Shown piece by piece: positions 7,774 through 16,471 of a stretch of 64,000 nt of DNA. Origin of the DNA: Euryarchaeota archaeon RBG_13_57_23 (lineage in GTDB: Archaea; Thermoplasmatota; Thermoplasmata; UBA10834). The translations under genes were made by a program, and so were the position numbers. Location: assembly GCA_001800675.1 (NCBI GenBank), contig MGVW01000035.1, forward strand, positions 6,731-70,730. Reading direction: 5' to 3'. The notes under the pieces are model-generated. The model had not been told where the DNA came from and did not search any database. It saw only the letters and a program-made list of their open reading frames with translations. Each line of letters starts with the position of its first letter. Within the stretch, counting starts at the first letter, position 1.

Positions 7774-9240
7774 TCAGTCTAGCCCGTGGCTGCTGATATC
7801 TCTTTCGGCTTCCTTCACGATCCGCTCGAAATCTCTCGCGACATCGCTCGGAACAGGCTGCACGACATGCTCTTTCATGATCTTGGCCGCCTTCTCTCTC
7901 GCCCTGTCAACTACGGACTTCTTGCCATCCGCTTCCCATGTCTCTCCGGTCCTGCGGTCCGTTATGTCCGTCATGAAGTGTTCCTTGTGCAACCATTGCA
8001 TCGTGTGTCTCTCCGAGAGGAAGCTCCCTCCTGGACCGACCTTCTTTATGATGTCCACTGCCAGGTGGTCGTCGTCGATCGTGACGCCCTGGGCCAATCT
8101 TGCCATTATCCGTGCCATCTCGTCATCGATGACCATCTGCTCATACGAGAGCATGGTCACGTCGTCAAGGAGCCCAAGCCCGGCGATCATGTCACAGCCC
8201 GCGTAGAACTGCGGCATGCCGCTCGACATCTTCTCGTAGCACGCTTGAGGCCCAGGAAGCTTCGCCGAGGTCACGATGCCCCCGCAGAGAATCGAGAACC
8301 CGTAGTGGTGCGCGAGCTCTCCGGCTCCTGCGGATATCAGAGCCCTCTCGGGTCCGCCACCCGCCCAAGTCATGGTTCTCATGTCGAACGCTGCTCCGCC
8401 CGTGCCGTACATGAACGGCGACCCAGGTGCGGCCAGCTGGGCCATGGTGAGTCCTCCCAGGACCTCCGCGTTGTTAACTATGATGGATCCTGCGAGAGTC
8501 ACTGGTCCGGTTATGCCCGCCTGAGGCATCCCGTAGAACGAGATCGGCACCCCCGCGCGCGCTAGCTCGAGCGCTCCTTCCGTGGAGCCGCCATCGAGCT
8601 GCAAGGGCGAGAAGGGACAGTGCATCGAGGAGAAAATGGGCTTCCTCCGGAGGGCCTTCTTGTCCCCCGCAAGGGCTGCTCCGATCTCCACGAGCCATTT
8701 TGCCTCACGTCTGTGGCTTGTGGTCTCTACCTGCACGTGCTTTTCTATGCTAGATAGCGCCACCTTCAGGTCAACAACATGCCTGATGTAGTCCGGAACA
8801 TCCTGGCAGCTCACGCATGGCCAGAAGATATGCGCGGAGTCGAGGGCATTCGCGACCTTGCCGACAGTTGCGAGATCCTCGGTCGTGGACATCCTTCGCT
8901 TGCCCGTCCTGAAGTCCATCACGCTCGTTCCATTGCCATCAGTTGTGCAGTAAGTCCGCCTGCCGTCAAGGACCACGTTGTGTTTCGGAGTTCTCGAATA
9001 CAGCGTCAGATTCTTCTTCGCCTTATGAATCGCCTCTTCAACGAGGTTGCCTGGGATTTTGGCAATGCTCGTCTTGTGGTCGACCGAGCAACCCGCGTCC
9101 TCGAGCAGTCCGAGGCATTCCTTGCTGATCACCTTGATGCCCGCGTTCTCGAGGACGTCCAGCGTTCCCCAGTGCAATGAGCGCAGATCGCTCTTCTCGA
9201 ACATGCGGAACGCGATTTTCCCCTTCGGAAATCCTATCAT
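7774..9240 (-). CDS. MttB-superfamily methyltransferase, non-pyrrolysine type
   Basis: A 488-aa uninterrupted ORF whose overall sequence is characteristic of the trimethylamine methyltransferase MttB family (e.g. GLLEDAGC, FSSMHCPFSPLQLDGGSTEG, GPGGSFLSERHT). It has no in-frame TAG. Confidence 0.8.
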   Translation of the reverse strand: MIGFPKGKIAFRMFEKSDLRSLHWGTLDVLENAGIKVISKECLGLLEDAGCSVDHKTSIAKIPGNLVEEAIHKAKKNLTLYSRTPKHNVVLDGRRTYCTTDGNGTSVMDFRTGKRRMSTTEDLATVGKVANALDSAHIFWPCVSCQDVPDYIRHVVDLKVALSSIEKHVQVETTSHRREAKWLVEIGAALAGDKKALRRKPIFSSMHCPFSPLQLDGGSTEGALELARAGVPISFYGMPQAGITGPVTLAGSIIVNNAEVLGGLTMAQLAAPGSPFMYGTGGAAFDMRTMTWAGGGPERALISAGAGELAHHYGFSILCGGIVTSAKLPGPQACYEKMSSGMPQFYAGCDMIAGLGLLDDVTMLSYEQMVIDDEMARIMARLAQGVTIDDDHLAVDIIKKVGPGGSFLSERHTMQWLHKEHFMTDITDRRTGETWEADGKKSVVDRAREKAAKIMKEHVVQPVPSDVARDFERIVKEAERDISSHGLD

Positions 9241-9256
9241 GTTTTGGCTCTCCTCA

Positions 9257-9293
9257 GGTCCTGTCTGTCAGGGCACAGCCGCCCTGGAGGACC
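9257..9293 (-). promoter_or_regulatory. Two-tier hairpin in the 5' leader of the MttB-family gene
   Basis: GGTCCT..CAGGGC-ACAGCC-GCCCTG.AGGACC, lying immediately upstream of the GAGGAGAG SD and the ATG at 9240. Confidence 0.3.
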
Positions 9294-9456
9294 AGATTTG
9301 TTCCTGTATTGACGCCAAGTATATAGTTAGTCGTGATTCGCGGGAATTCGTGTAGGGAGTGATGCGTGATGGCTTGCCCCTGCGAAATCGCGGCGTCCTC
9401 ACTCCCAAAAGGCTTTAATCGAACGAGAGATATGGGCGGACATCCAGCATGACTAT

Positions 9457-9541
9457 GCGGGGGTAGCCAAGCTCGGTCAACGGCGCCAGATTGAGGGTCT
9501 GGTCTCGCAGGAGTCCCTGAGTTCAAATCTCAGCCCCCGCA
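9457..9541 (+). tRNA. tRNA-Leu (anticodon GAG), class II with a long variable arm
   Basis: Acceptor stem GCGGGGG/CCCCCGC with discriminator A. Anticodon arm CCAGA-TTGAGGG-TCTGG. T-arm CTGAG-TTCAAAT-CTCAG. Coordinates were anchored on the antisense ORF 9254..9526. Confidence 0.85.
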
Positions 9542-9670
9542 CCTCACCCTCCGCCTCTTTTAGGTCATCAAACGGGCCGTGGAACCGGAACATTGATATC
9601 TAGTGCGATAGAATCTGATATATCGTCGCGCTACATAGTTTGTCCAGCAGAGCTCAATAATCGGTGCCGA

Positions 9671-10168
9671 ATGATCGCTTTAACACACTTGGTCGTCTGC
9701 CTTCTACTCATCGAGCTGATGCACCTCGACAGAAACGACGCTTTCGTCGCGTTGGTATTCGGCGTCTTCATTGATCTCGATCACCTGTTCGGGCTGAGAG
9801 ACTATGTCCAGGCAAACGGCGTGATGGCTGTCTTCGACATGGACGATATCGTCAACCCAGGGGGTCACTGGAAATCATTGATGCACAGTCCGATCGCGGT
9901 GATGGTCGTAGGACCAGTTTCCATCGCATCTCGTCTAGCCGTTCCACTTCTGTTCTGGGGAATACACGTTCTCATGGACATCGTTCAGGAGCAGGTGCTC
10001 GGTGTGCTGTCTACCCAGGAGTTCGTGTTTCTGTTCCTCGCTGCTGCTGGCCTGGTAACCATGAGATACGCCAGATGCATCGCTGCGGGGAGTGCCTCCA
10101 CGCTTGCCGAGTACTTGAGGTTCGAGGTCGGAGGAATAAAGGCATTGTCAAAGCCGCGCATTCTGTGA
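9671..10168 (+). CDS. Membrane protein, possibly a DUF457/YdjM-like membrane-bound metal-dependent hydrolase
   Basis: Starting from the internal ATG: MIALTHLVVCLLLIELMH...FIDLDHLFG, with several TM helices and conserved His/Asp positions. The family call is tentative. Confidence 0.45.
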   Translation: MIALTHLVVCLLLIELMHLDRNDAFVALVFGVFIDLDHLFGLRDYVQANGVMAVFDMDDIVNPGGHWKSLMHSPIAVMVVGPVSIASRLAVPLLFWGIHVLMDIVQEQVLGVLSTQEFVFLFLAAAGLVTMRYARCIAAGSASTLAEYLRFEVGGIKALSKPRIL

Positions 10169-10172
10169 TGGT

Positions 10173-11177
10173 TCAGCTAGCGCCTCGTTTCAACCGTCGG
10201 ACAACGTGTTCTGTGAAGCCTTTGGTGCCATGCCTGCCGCCGATGTCCATCGTGAGATGTCCCGAATCGTAGGTCGATTTCACAGCTTGTCTGATCATGG
10301 CTGCCTCGTTTCGCAACTTCAGGTGATCGAGCATCATCGCGCCCGCGAGGATTGTGGCAGTTGGGTTGGCAACGGCCTTGCCAGCGATATCGAGAGCGGA
10401 GCCGTGTGCCGGCTCGAACACGGAATGAACTTTGCCCAAGTTGCCAGAGGGTGCGAATCCGAGCCCACCTGCGGTCCCAGCAGCAACGTCGGAGAGGATG
10501 TCGCCGTAGAGGTTCAGTGTGACAACGACATCGAACTCGTGCGGACTGTTCACGAGCTTCATGGCAGCGGAGTCAACGAGCTGCTCCCTAGCTTCCAGCT
10601 CCCTGCCCTCGGATGCCATCAGCTCTCTGAATACGCTCACGAAAAGTCCATCTGAAGCCCTGAGCACGTTCGATTTGTGCACACAGCAGATGCTCTTTCG
10701 GGCGTTCTTCAACGAGTAGTCGATTGCGAATCTGACGATTCTCTCCGACGCAGCCCTCGTGACCCGTCTAAGAGTCGTCACCCCTTTGTCATCATACTGC
10801 TCGTTCTGCGTGTAGAGGCCTTCCGTGTTTTCCCGGACCATCACGACGTCAATGGAAGGCCTTCCTGCAAGCTTGACATAGTTCTTGACTGGTCTGAGGT
10901 TCGCAAACAGGTCGAGCTCTTTCCGGAACCTGAGAACGGGCGACGCATCAGCCATTGAATCCGACGAGGTTACTGCTCCGAAGAGCGCGCTATCGCATTT
11001 CCTCAATAGGTCGAGGGTCTCGTCAGGCATTGTGCTTCCGACCTTCCCGAATGCGCTCTGCCCGATCTCAGCATATTCGAACTCGAGTTCGTCGGTCACT
11101 GCTTTCAAGACCGCGACCGCTGATTCGACGACCTCCGGGCCGATTCCGTCTCCTGGCAAAACACAGATGCGTTTCAT
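10173..11177 (-). CDS. leuB: 3-isopropylmalate dehydrogenase-family (beta-decarboxylating) dehydrogenase
   Basis: 334 aa with motifs ICVLPGDGIGPEV, ENTEGLY and NLYGDILSD. It could also be a homoisocitrate or isocitrate dehydrogenase-type enzyme. Confidence 0.8.
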   Translation of the reverse strand: MKRICVLPGDGIGPEVVESAVAVLKAVTDELEFEYAEIGQSAFGKVGSTMPDETLDLLRKCDSALFGAVTSSDSMADASPVLRFRKELDLFANLRPVKNYVKLAGRPSIDVVMVRENTEGLYTQNEQYDDKGVTTLRRVTRAASERIVRFAIDYSLKNARKSICCVHKSNVLRASDGLFVSVFRELMASEGRELEAREQLVDSAAMKLVNSPHEFDVVVTLNLYGDILSDVAAGTAGGLGFAPSGNLGKVHSVFEPAHGSALDIAGKAVANPTATILAGAMMLDHLKLRNEAAMIRQAVKSTYDSGHLTMDIGGRHGTKGFTEHVVRRLKRGAS

Positions 11178-11184
11178 GGCGACA

Positions 11185-12252
11185 TTACTCTTGGATCATC
11201 TTCGCCAGGTCTACAAAGTGCTTCTCCATCCTGGCGATTCTCTTCCTGCTGTCGTGGATATCCTTCTCCATCTTGGCAGTCATTCTGCGCATCTCATCGA
11301 CGAGGGTCAGGGCCTCCTTCTCTAGGCTCTGGATCTTGGAGTCGTGTTCGATTGACCTGCCAAGGTGGTCCTCGATGCGTCTTTCCAGGTCTGCCTGCCG
11401 TTCCTTCTCAGCGGTCTTGGAGAAGTAGCTCTCCACTTTCGAGTTCAACATTGTGAGTATGTTCGAGACCTTCTCGAGCTGTTTCTCGAGCCTGTCCACC
11501 CGCTCTTGTACCTCGGCCGCTAGGGCCGTTTCGTCTTCGGTCGAGGCGGTTTTCTCCACCTCGAAGATGCGGTTCTCAATCATCTCGAGTTTGTTCTCTA
11601 TCCCGGTCACGTTCTTGATGCCGTCTGAGATGCTCTCCAGCAATTCCTTGTCGGGGAAGTCGATGGTGACACTGTCTGCACCTGGCACATATGTCTTGAG
11701 CGACTGGAGAGTCGCGATAGCGTCTACCGTCGGGAAACCCTGTTTCACGCGAGATTCGAGGCTCCTGAGCGTCGTTACGATCTCCGTGCCTGATCTGCCC
11801 AGCCATGGGTTCGCCTTGACCATTCTCATGACATTCTCGATGGTCCCCTCGAGTTCAGCACCGCTCTTGGACAATTCCGACTTGTCGAGCAGCCTCACGT
11901 CCCTGTGCGCGTCCCGTCTGCCACGTTTGTTCCAGTCCCCTAAGGAGCGCCCCTCGAACGGAAAGAATCCGGCGAAATGGTCAACTCCCTTGACGATGAG
12001 CTCCTGTACGTTGTCCCAGTCTTTCGTGCCGCTCTCGACCTTCAACTCCTGCGAGGAATTGAAGATCATGCAAATGCAGCCATTCGGGAGGTAGATACAC
12101 CTGATGAGGTATGGGGCCTCTTGGGCGAACTTCGGAGGTGTCTGTGGCTTCTTCTCTCCGACGGCCTCCATGTATGATTTGAAGTACTCCTTCGCGAAGG
12201 CCGCAAGGTCCTGCGCTGACGGTATCTCGGGGCCGATGTCCCGCGGGTTCAT
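11185..12252 (-). CDS. Hypothetical protein with a globular N-terminal half and a C-terminal coiled coil
   Basis: 355 aa. The last ~130 aa are heptad-like and E/K/R-rich (VQERVDRLEKQLEKV...IARMEKHFVDLAKMIQE). The gene ends 8 nt upstream of leuB on the same strand. I recognise no family. Confidence 0.6.
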   Translation of the reverse strand: MNPRDIGPEIPSAQDLAAFAKEYFKSYMEAVGEKKPQTPPKFAQEAPYLIRCIYLPNGCICMIFNSSQELKVESGTKDWDNVQELIVKGVDHFAGFFPFEGRSLGDWNKRGRRDAHRDVRLLDKSELSKSGAELEGTIENVMRMVKANPWLGRSGTEIVTTLRSLESRVKQGFPTVDAIATLQSLKTYVPGADSVTIDFPDKELLESISDGIKNVTGIENKLEMIENRIFEVEKTASTEDETALAAEVQERVDRLEKQLEKVSNILTMLNSKVESYFSKTAEKERQADLERRIEDHLGRSIEHDSKIQSLEKEALTLVDEMRRMTAKMEKDIHDSRKRIARMEKHFVDLAKMIQE

Positions 12253-12297
12253 CTGAAGCGTTCCTCTGTCTGGTATGGCGTATTTGTGCGGAGGTTA

Positions 12298-13251
12298 TTA
12301 ATGCCTTCCCGGACGGCCACTTGACAGGACCGAACCGACCAACATCGGGAGCGTGATTGTGGCATCACCCTCCACGGTGATGTACTGGGCGTTCTCCTTC
12401 ACCTTTCCCCAGCTGACGGCCTCCCGTATCCTGGCTCCGGAGAGGGATCCGTCCCACTCCTCCGCAGTCGTGAGGTATACTGCGTACTCCATGCCGCCCC
12501 TGAATTGGTTCCACCAGATGACGTGATGCTTCGAAATGCCTCCTCCGAGCATGATCGCGCCGGTCTTTTTCGCGGTGAACACAATGTCAGAGAGATCCTG
12601 CTCGTCCTTCATCACATCAACATTGAAGTCAGAGTGCTGCTGCTTGAAAAGCCAGAGCTGAGACCCGAATGCCCCGTCCGTGATTCCAGGCACAAATATC
12701 GGGATGTCGTTCTTTGCCGCCCAATACAATATGGATTTTCTGTCGGTGAGCCTCTTTCCGAACTCATATGCTAGCTCCCTGCTCGAGAGGATCTTCTTCC
12801 CTGACTTGTATATCTCGTCCAGGATTGGCTGCATCTTCTGCTCTAGGACGATTCCATAGCTCTCGTTCGGGATCAGGATGTTGCCCAGTCTGTTGATGCC
12901 TTTCCTGTGAAGGTCTGCGTCGTCCATTAGGAAATCGCCGTGGTAGTATTTTCGCCACACTCTGGCCAGGTCGTGATCGAGCATGCCGCAGGTCGTTATG
13001 ATCACGTCCACCAGCTTGTCCTCGACGAGCTTCCTTATGACGCCCCTCGTGCCGGTAGAGATGATGCATGCTGGAAACGAGAGGAAGATCGTGCACTCCT
13101 TCTCCTGAAACATCTTGCGGACTATGTCGCACGCTACCCCCAGTTTCTTCGCGGTGAAGCCCCCAGAGGCGAGCATCTGTGCGGTAAGATCTTTGACGTT
13201 CATGTCAGCATCAATTTCGATGTCCGTGATCGGCTTGAGTTTCATCTGCAT
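12298..13251 (-). CDS. dys: Deoxyhypusine synthase
   Basis: GAIMLGGGISKHHVIWW together with ITTCGMLDHD. The ORF-track start is 13302; the internal ATG at 13251 (MQMKLKPITDIE) gives the usual length. Confidence 0.85.
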   Translation of the reverse strand: MQMKLKPITDIEIDADMNVKDLTAQMLASGGFTAKKLGVACDIVRKMFQEKECTIFLSFPACIISTGTRGVIRKLVEDKLVDVIITTCGMLDHDLARVWRKYYHGDFLMDDADLHRKGINRLGNILIPNESYGIVLEQKMQPILDEIYKSGKKILSSRELAYEFGKRLTDRKSILYWAAKNDIPIFVPGITDGAFGSQLWLFKQQHSDFNVDVMKDEQDLSDIVFTAKKTGAIMLGGGISKHHVIWWNQFRGGMEYAVYLTTAEEWDGSLSGARIREAVSWGKVKENAQYITVEGDATITLPMLVGSVLSSGRPGRH

Positions 13252-13338
13252 ACCATCAACACCTGGACTGAGCGGCGTTCCGAGAGAACCTGCCGAAAAC
13301 ATTTATAACTTTCCAGGCGATGTTCAGTTTGAACCGCT

Positions 13339-13818
13339 ATGCTGAAAGTCAGAGACGTCATGACATCACCAGTGGTCTCGATCAGCCCCGACACTTCCGT
13401 GAAGGACGCATCGGCGCTCCTTGCTCAGAAGAACGTCTCTGGCCTGCCGGTCGTCGACGGTGACCGCGTCGTGGGCATCTTCAGTGAAGCGGACGTCCTT
13501 CGCTCGATGAAAACTATGAAGAAGGACCTACGGCTCGTCTATCCATCGATATCATCCCTTGGCATCGCATTCCAGGAGGAGGTCACCCAGCGCGAGATCA
13601 TCGAGGCCTACAACGAAATTGGCAGGATGCCAGTGAAGCAGGTGATGTCTTCCAATGTGGTGACAGTCACTCCGGATGAAGCCATCAACGAGGCAATCGC
13701 CAGCATGGTTCACAGGGGGATAAACCGTCTGCCGGTTGTCGAGAAGAATAGGCTGGTGGGGATCATCACGAGGGGCGATGTGATAAGGGGCCTCGCAAAG
13801 GAAGGGTCTACCCGCTGA
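13339..13818 (+). CDS. CBS-domain pair protein
   Basis: 159 aa with two CBS repeats (VMTSPVVSISPDTSVKDA...GLPVVD and VMSSNVVTVTPDEAINEA...RLPVVE). Confidence 0.85.
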   Translation: MLKVRDVMTSPVVSISPDTSVKDASALLAQKNVSGLPVVDGDRVVGIFSEADVLRSMKTMKKDLRLVYPSISSLGIAFQEEVTQREIIEAYNEIGRMPVKQVMSSNVVTVTPDEAINEAIASMVHRGINRLPVVEKNRLVGIITRGDVIRGLAKEGSTR

Positions 13819-13845
13819 GGTTCCCGCATCCGATGAGGTCTACAT

Positions 13846-15396
13846 TCACCATCTGATCAGGCGCCTTTTTCTCGCGCCGGGCGCGGTGGCCGTAGCGTCC
13901 TCGGCCGGTTGCGCTGCAGGCTGCCCAGGTCCGGCGGTTGATGTTGTCACCGAAATCGGCTGGGGTGATCCGGTCTCCGGAGGGTTTGGCGCCTGGATCA
14001 TGAATCCGCATGTGAGGCATTTCCTGGAAGTGTTCGGATAGTCGTACAAGGACTCCTGACTGCACTTCTCGCACTTGGTCCCATCGACGTGCTTGATCGT
14101 GCCTAGCTCGAGGCGTTTGTTGTCCATATCCTTCTCGATTCTGTGGATAGTGTCCTTGATGTATCGGCCGAATTTCGAGGCATTCACTGGATCTTTGTTC
14201 ATTATCGCGGCCTTTGCCATCACCATCTTTGCCTGGGCATCTTTGACGTCGAAGCCGTACGACGCGGCTTCCGTGAGGATAGGTTCGCATTCCACGACCC
14301 ACGCAGTCGCCTTCTGCAGCTGAACTACCTCGAGTTCTCTGCGTCTTCTTAGCATCTCCACATGGTGGCCGTCCAACGCTCTGTCAACGGAGGCCAGCAG
14401 CTCGACGGTCTTTTTGAACGAACCGTCTTCATACGCCTTTCTGGCATCTCCTATGTTCGTCTCAACCACGGCCGTGTCGGCACCGAGTTCCTTCGCCTCC
14501 GCTGCGGAGGCAGCGATCAGATGGAATATGCCGCCAATTTCCCGGACTCGGTCCTGCTTGGCGACCTTAGCCCTCTGCCTCGCCTCGTTGACATATCTGG
14601 AATATTCCTCCATGTTGAACGTCTGTTTCGCGCTCGCAGCTATCTCCAGGTATCTTCTGGATTCCTCGGTGCGCGTGCCGAAAGATTCGTAGTCCAAGAG
14701 CATGTTCTTGAGGTCGAGCTCGTCTCCCTCGGTGTGCTTCACGAAGGCGTCGTAAGTCTTGGCGGCTAGTGATTCCAGACTCTCCAATGCCTCCTCCCTC
14801 TGTCTCGGGGGTCCAGTAAGGAAAGCCCGCTTCGCGGCGGTGACCGCAATCTTGAGTGATGAATCTGTCTTCGGCATGCTGTCCGGCAATCTGGCCAAGA
14901 GCTCATCGACGGCGCGTATCGCGAGGGCGGCAGAATAGACCTGGAACGTGCTGAAGTTGTCGAGGCACTTCAGTCTGGCCTCTCGATTCGTTTTGATGGC
15001 CTCGTTGAAGTCCCCGATGAGCATCCTGTTCATCGCGCTCTCGGTCATGGAATCGACGTCAAAGAAAGATGGCCTCATCGTCAGGGCTTCGTCGATGTGC
15101 CTCTCGACCAGTGCTTCGTCATGCGATGGCATCTCTGTCGGCTCAAGTGGTCTAGCTGCTATCTCTTCGAGGTCTTTGCCTATCTCTTTCAGCTCCTCGG
15201 AGGGTTTCCCTTCCTCGGCTTTTGCTTTCGCAAGGACTTTTCTCACCTGTTCTTCTGTGATCTTCTTGCTCTTTATCTTGGAAACGTAGTCCTTCTTGTA
15301 TTTGCAGGATGACACGTCGATCTTGTATTCTGCGGCTACAGCTTTCAGTTTCCAGATGGGCAAGTCGTTCAAGAAGTGAGCCGGATCCGAGGGCAT
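13846..15396 (-). CDS. Hypothetical protein: HeH/SAP-like N-terminus, long helical domain, C-terminal zinc ribbon and a Pro-rich tail
   Basis: 516 aa. N-terminus LPIWKLKAVAAEYKIDVSSCKYKKDYVSKI (Rho-N/SAP-like). C-terminal CEKC-x14-CLTC ribbon, then APNPPETGSPQP...ARKRRLIRW. Confidence 0.6.
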   Translation of the reverse strand: MPSDPAHFLNDLPIWKLKAVAAEYKIDVSSCKYKKDYVSKIKSKKITEEQVRKVLAKAKAEEGKPSEELKEIGKDLEEIAARPLEPTEMPSHDEALVERHIDEALTMRPSFFDVDSMTESAMNRMLIGDFNEAIKTNREARLKCLDNFSTFQVYSAALAIRAVDELLARLPDSMPKTDSSLKIAVTAAKRAFLTGPPRQREEALESLESLAAKTYDAFVKHTEGDELDLKNMLLDYESFGTRTEESRRYLEIAASAKQTFNMEEYSRYVNEARQRAKVAKQDRVREIGGIFHLIAASAAEAKELGADTAVVETNIGDARKAYEDGSFKKTVELLASVDRALDGHHVEMLRRRRELEVVQLQKATAWVVECEPILTEAASYGFDVKDAQAKMVMAKAAIMNKDPVNASKFGRYIKDTIHRIEKDMDNKRLELGTIKHVDGTKCEKCSQESLYDYPNTSRKCLTCGFMIQAPNPPETGSPQPISVTTSTAGPGQPAAQPAEDATATAPGARKRRLIRW

Positions 15397-15508
15397 GGGT
15401 ATCTCCTGCTCTTCTCAGCCTTATCCTAGTAGATGCCTATTAACTCTTTCGAAGAACGCGTACACCACGGGAAAAACCTAAGTACCAGCGTCAGCATCGA
15501 AGCTGGGT

Positions 15509-16471
15509 ATGGGAGCAGCTGAGGAGAAGCTCGCAGTTGCCAAGCTATCTGTCTATTCCAACTGCACCCTTGTGATTCTCAAGCTTGTCGCAGGGTTTCT
15601 CATGATGTCCGTGGCCGTCATGTCGGAGGCCATCCATTCGGGAATCGACCTTCTCGCGGCTATGATTGCGCGATATTCCGTCAAGAAATCGTCTGAGCCC
15701 GCAGACAAGGATCACACCTACGGCCACGGAAAGTACGAGAACCTCTCGGGCATGATCGAGGGGGCTCTGATATTCGTGGCTGCAGTCTGGATCATGTACG
15801 AAGCTGCCAAGCGCCTCATGGTCAGGGAATTCGAGGTAGAGCTTCTCGAAACTGGCATGGTGATCATGGGATTGTCGGCGGTGTTGAACTTCTACGTGTC
15901 TTCGAGACTGATGAAGGTCGCGAAGCGCACGGATTCGTTGGCCCTCGAAGCAGACGCGTATCATCTCAAGACGGATGTCTGGACCTCTGTGGGCGTTTTC
16001 GTCGCTTTGGCTCTGATATGGGTGACCGACATCCATCTGATAGACCCCGTTGTGGCCATCATCGTTGCCGGCTTCATAATACACGCAGCCTATGACATCA
16101 CGAGCAGATCCGCGGAAGGTCTTCTGGACAGGAGCCTGCCCGAAGAGGAGATGCGCCTAATAGAGAGGGTCATCGAAGAGCACCGTTCGGACATACTGGG
16201 TTATCACAGACTGAGGGCGAGGAAGATGGGGGCCGAGAGGCAAGTCGATGTGCACATGATAGTGCCGCGCAACCTCAGCGTGAAGGACGGGCATGATCTG
16301 GTGGATCACCTGGAACGGGAGATTAGAAAGGAGCTGCCCAGGTGCGTCGTCGTCATACACATGGAACCTTGTGATGCGAAATGTGAGGAATGCAGGAAGG
16401 CTCCGCCTCCGAACCAACTTATGATCGAGGGGGCTGACGAGAAGGGCTCAGACTGCAGGCCGAAGCATTGA
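15509..16471 (+). CDS. Cation diffusion facilitator (CDF) family metal efflux transporter
   Basis: 320 aa with six TM helices, HxxxD metal sites (AIHSGIDLLA, AYHLKTDVWTS) and a cytoplasmic C-terminal domain. Confidence 0.9.
   Translation: MGAAEEKLAVAKLSVYSNCTLVILKLVAGFLMMSVAVMSEAIHSGIDLLAAMIARYSVKKSSEPADKDHTYGHGKYENLSGMIEGALIFVAAVWIMYEAAKRLMVREFEVELLETGMVIMGLSAVLNFYVSSRLMKVAKRTDSLALEADAYHLKTDVWTSVGVFVALALIWVTDIHLIDPVVAIIVAGFIIHAAYDITSRSAEGLLDRSLPEEEMRLIERVIEEHRSDILGYHRLRARKMGAERQVDVHMIVPRNLSVKDGHDLVDHLEREIRKELPRCVVVIHMEPCDAKCEECRKAPPPNQLMIEGADEKGSDCRPKH

Noticed and set aside
7774-9240. An in-frame amber (pyrrolysine) codon in the MttB-family gene
   Set aside because: The ORF is uninterrupted from ATG to TGA, so no TAG read-through needs to be invoked.
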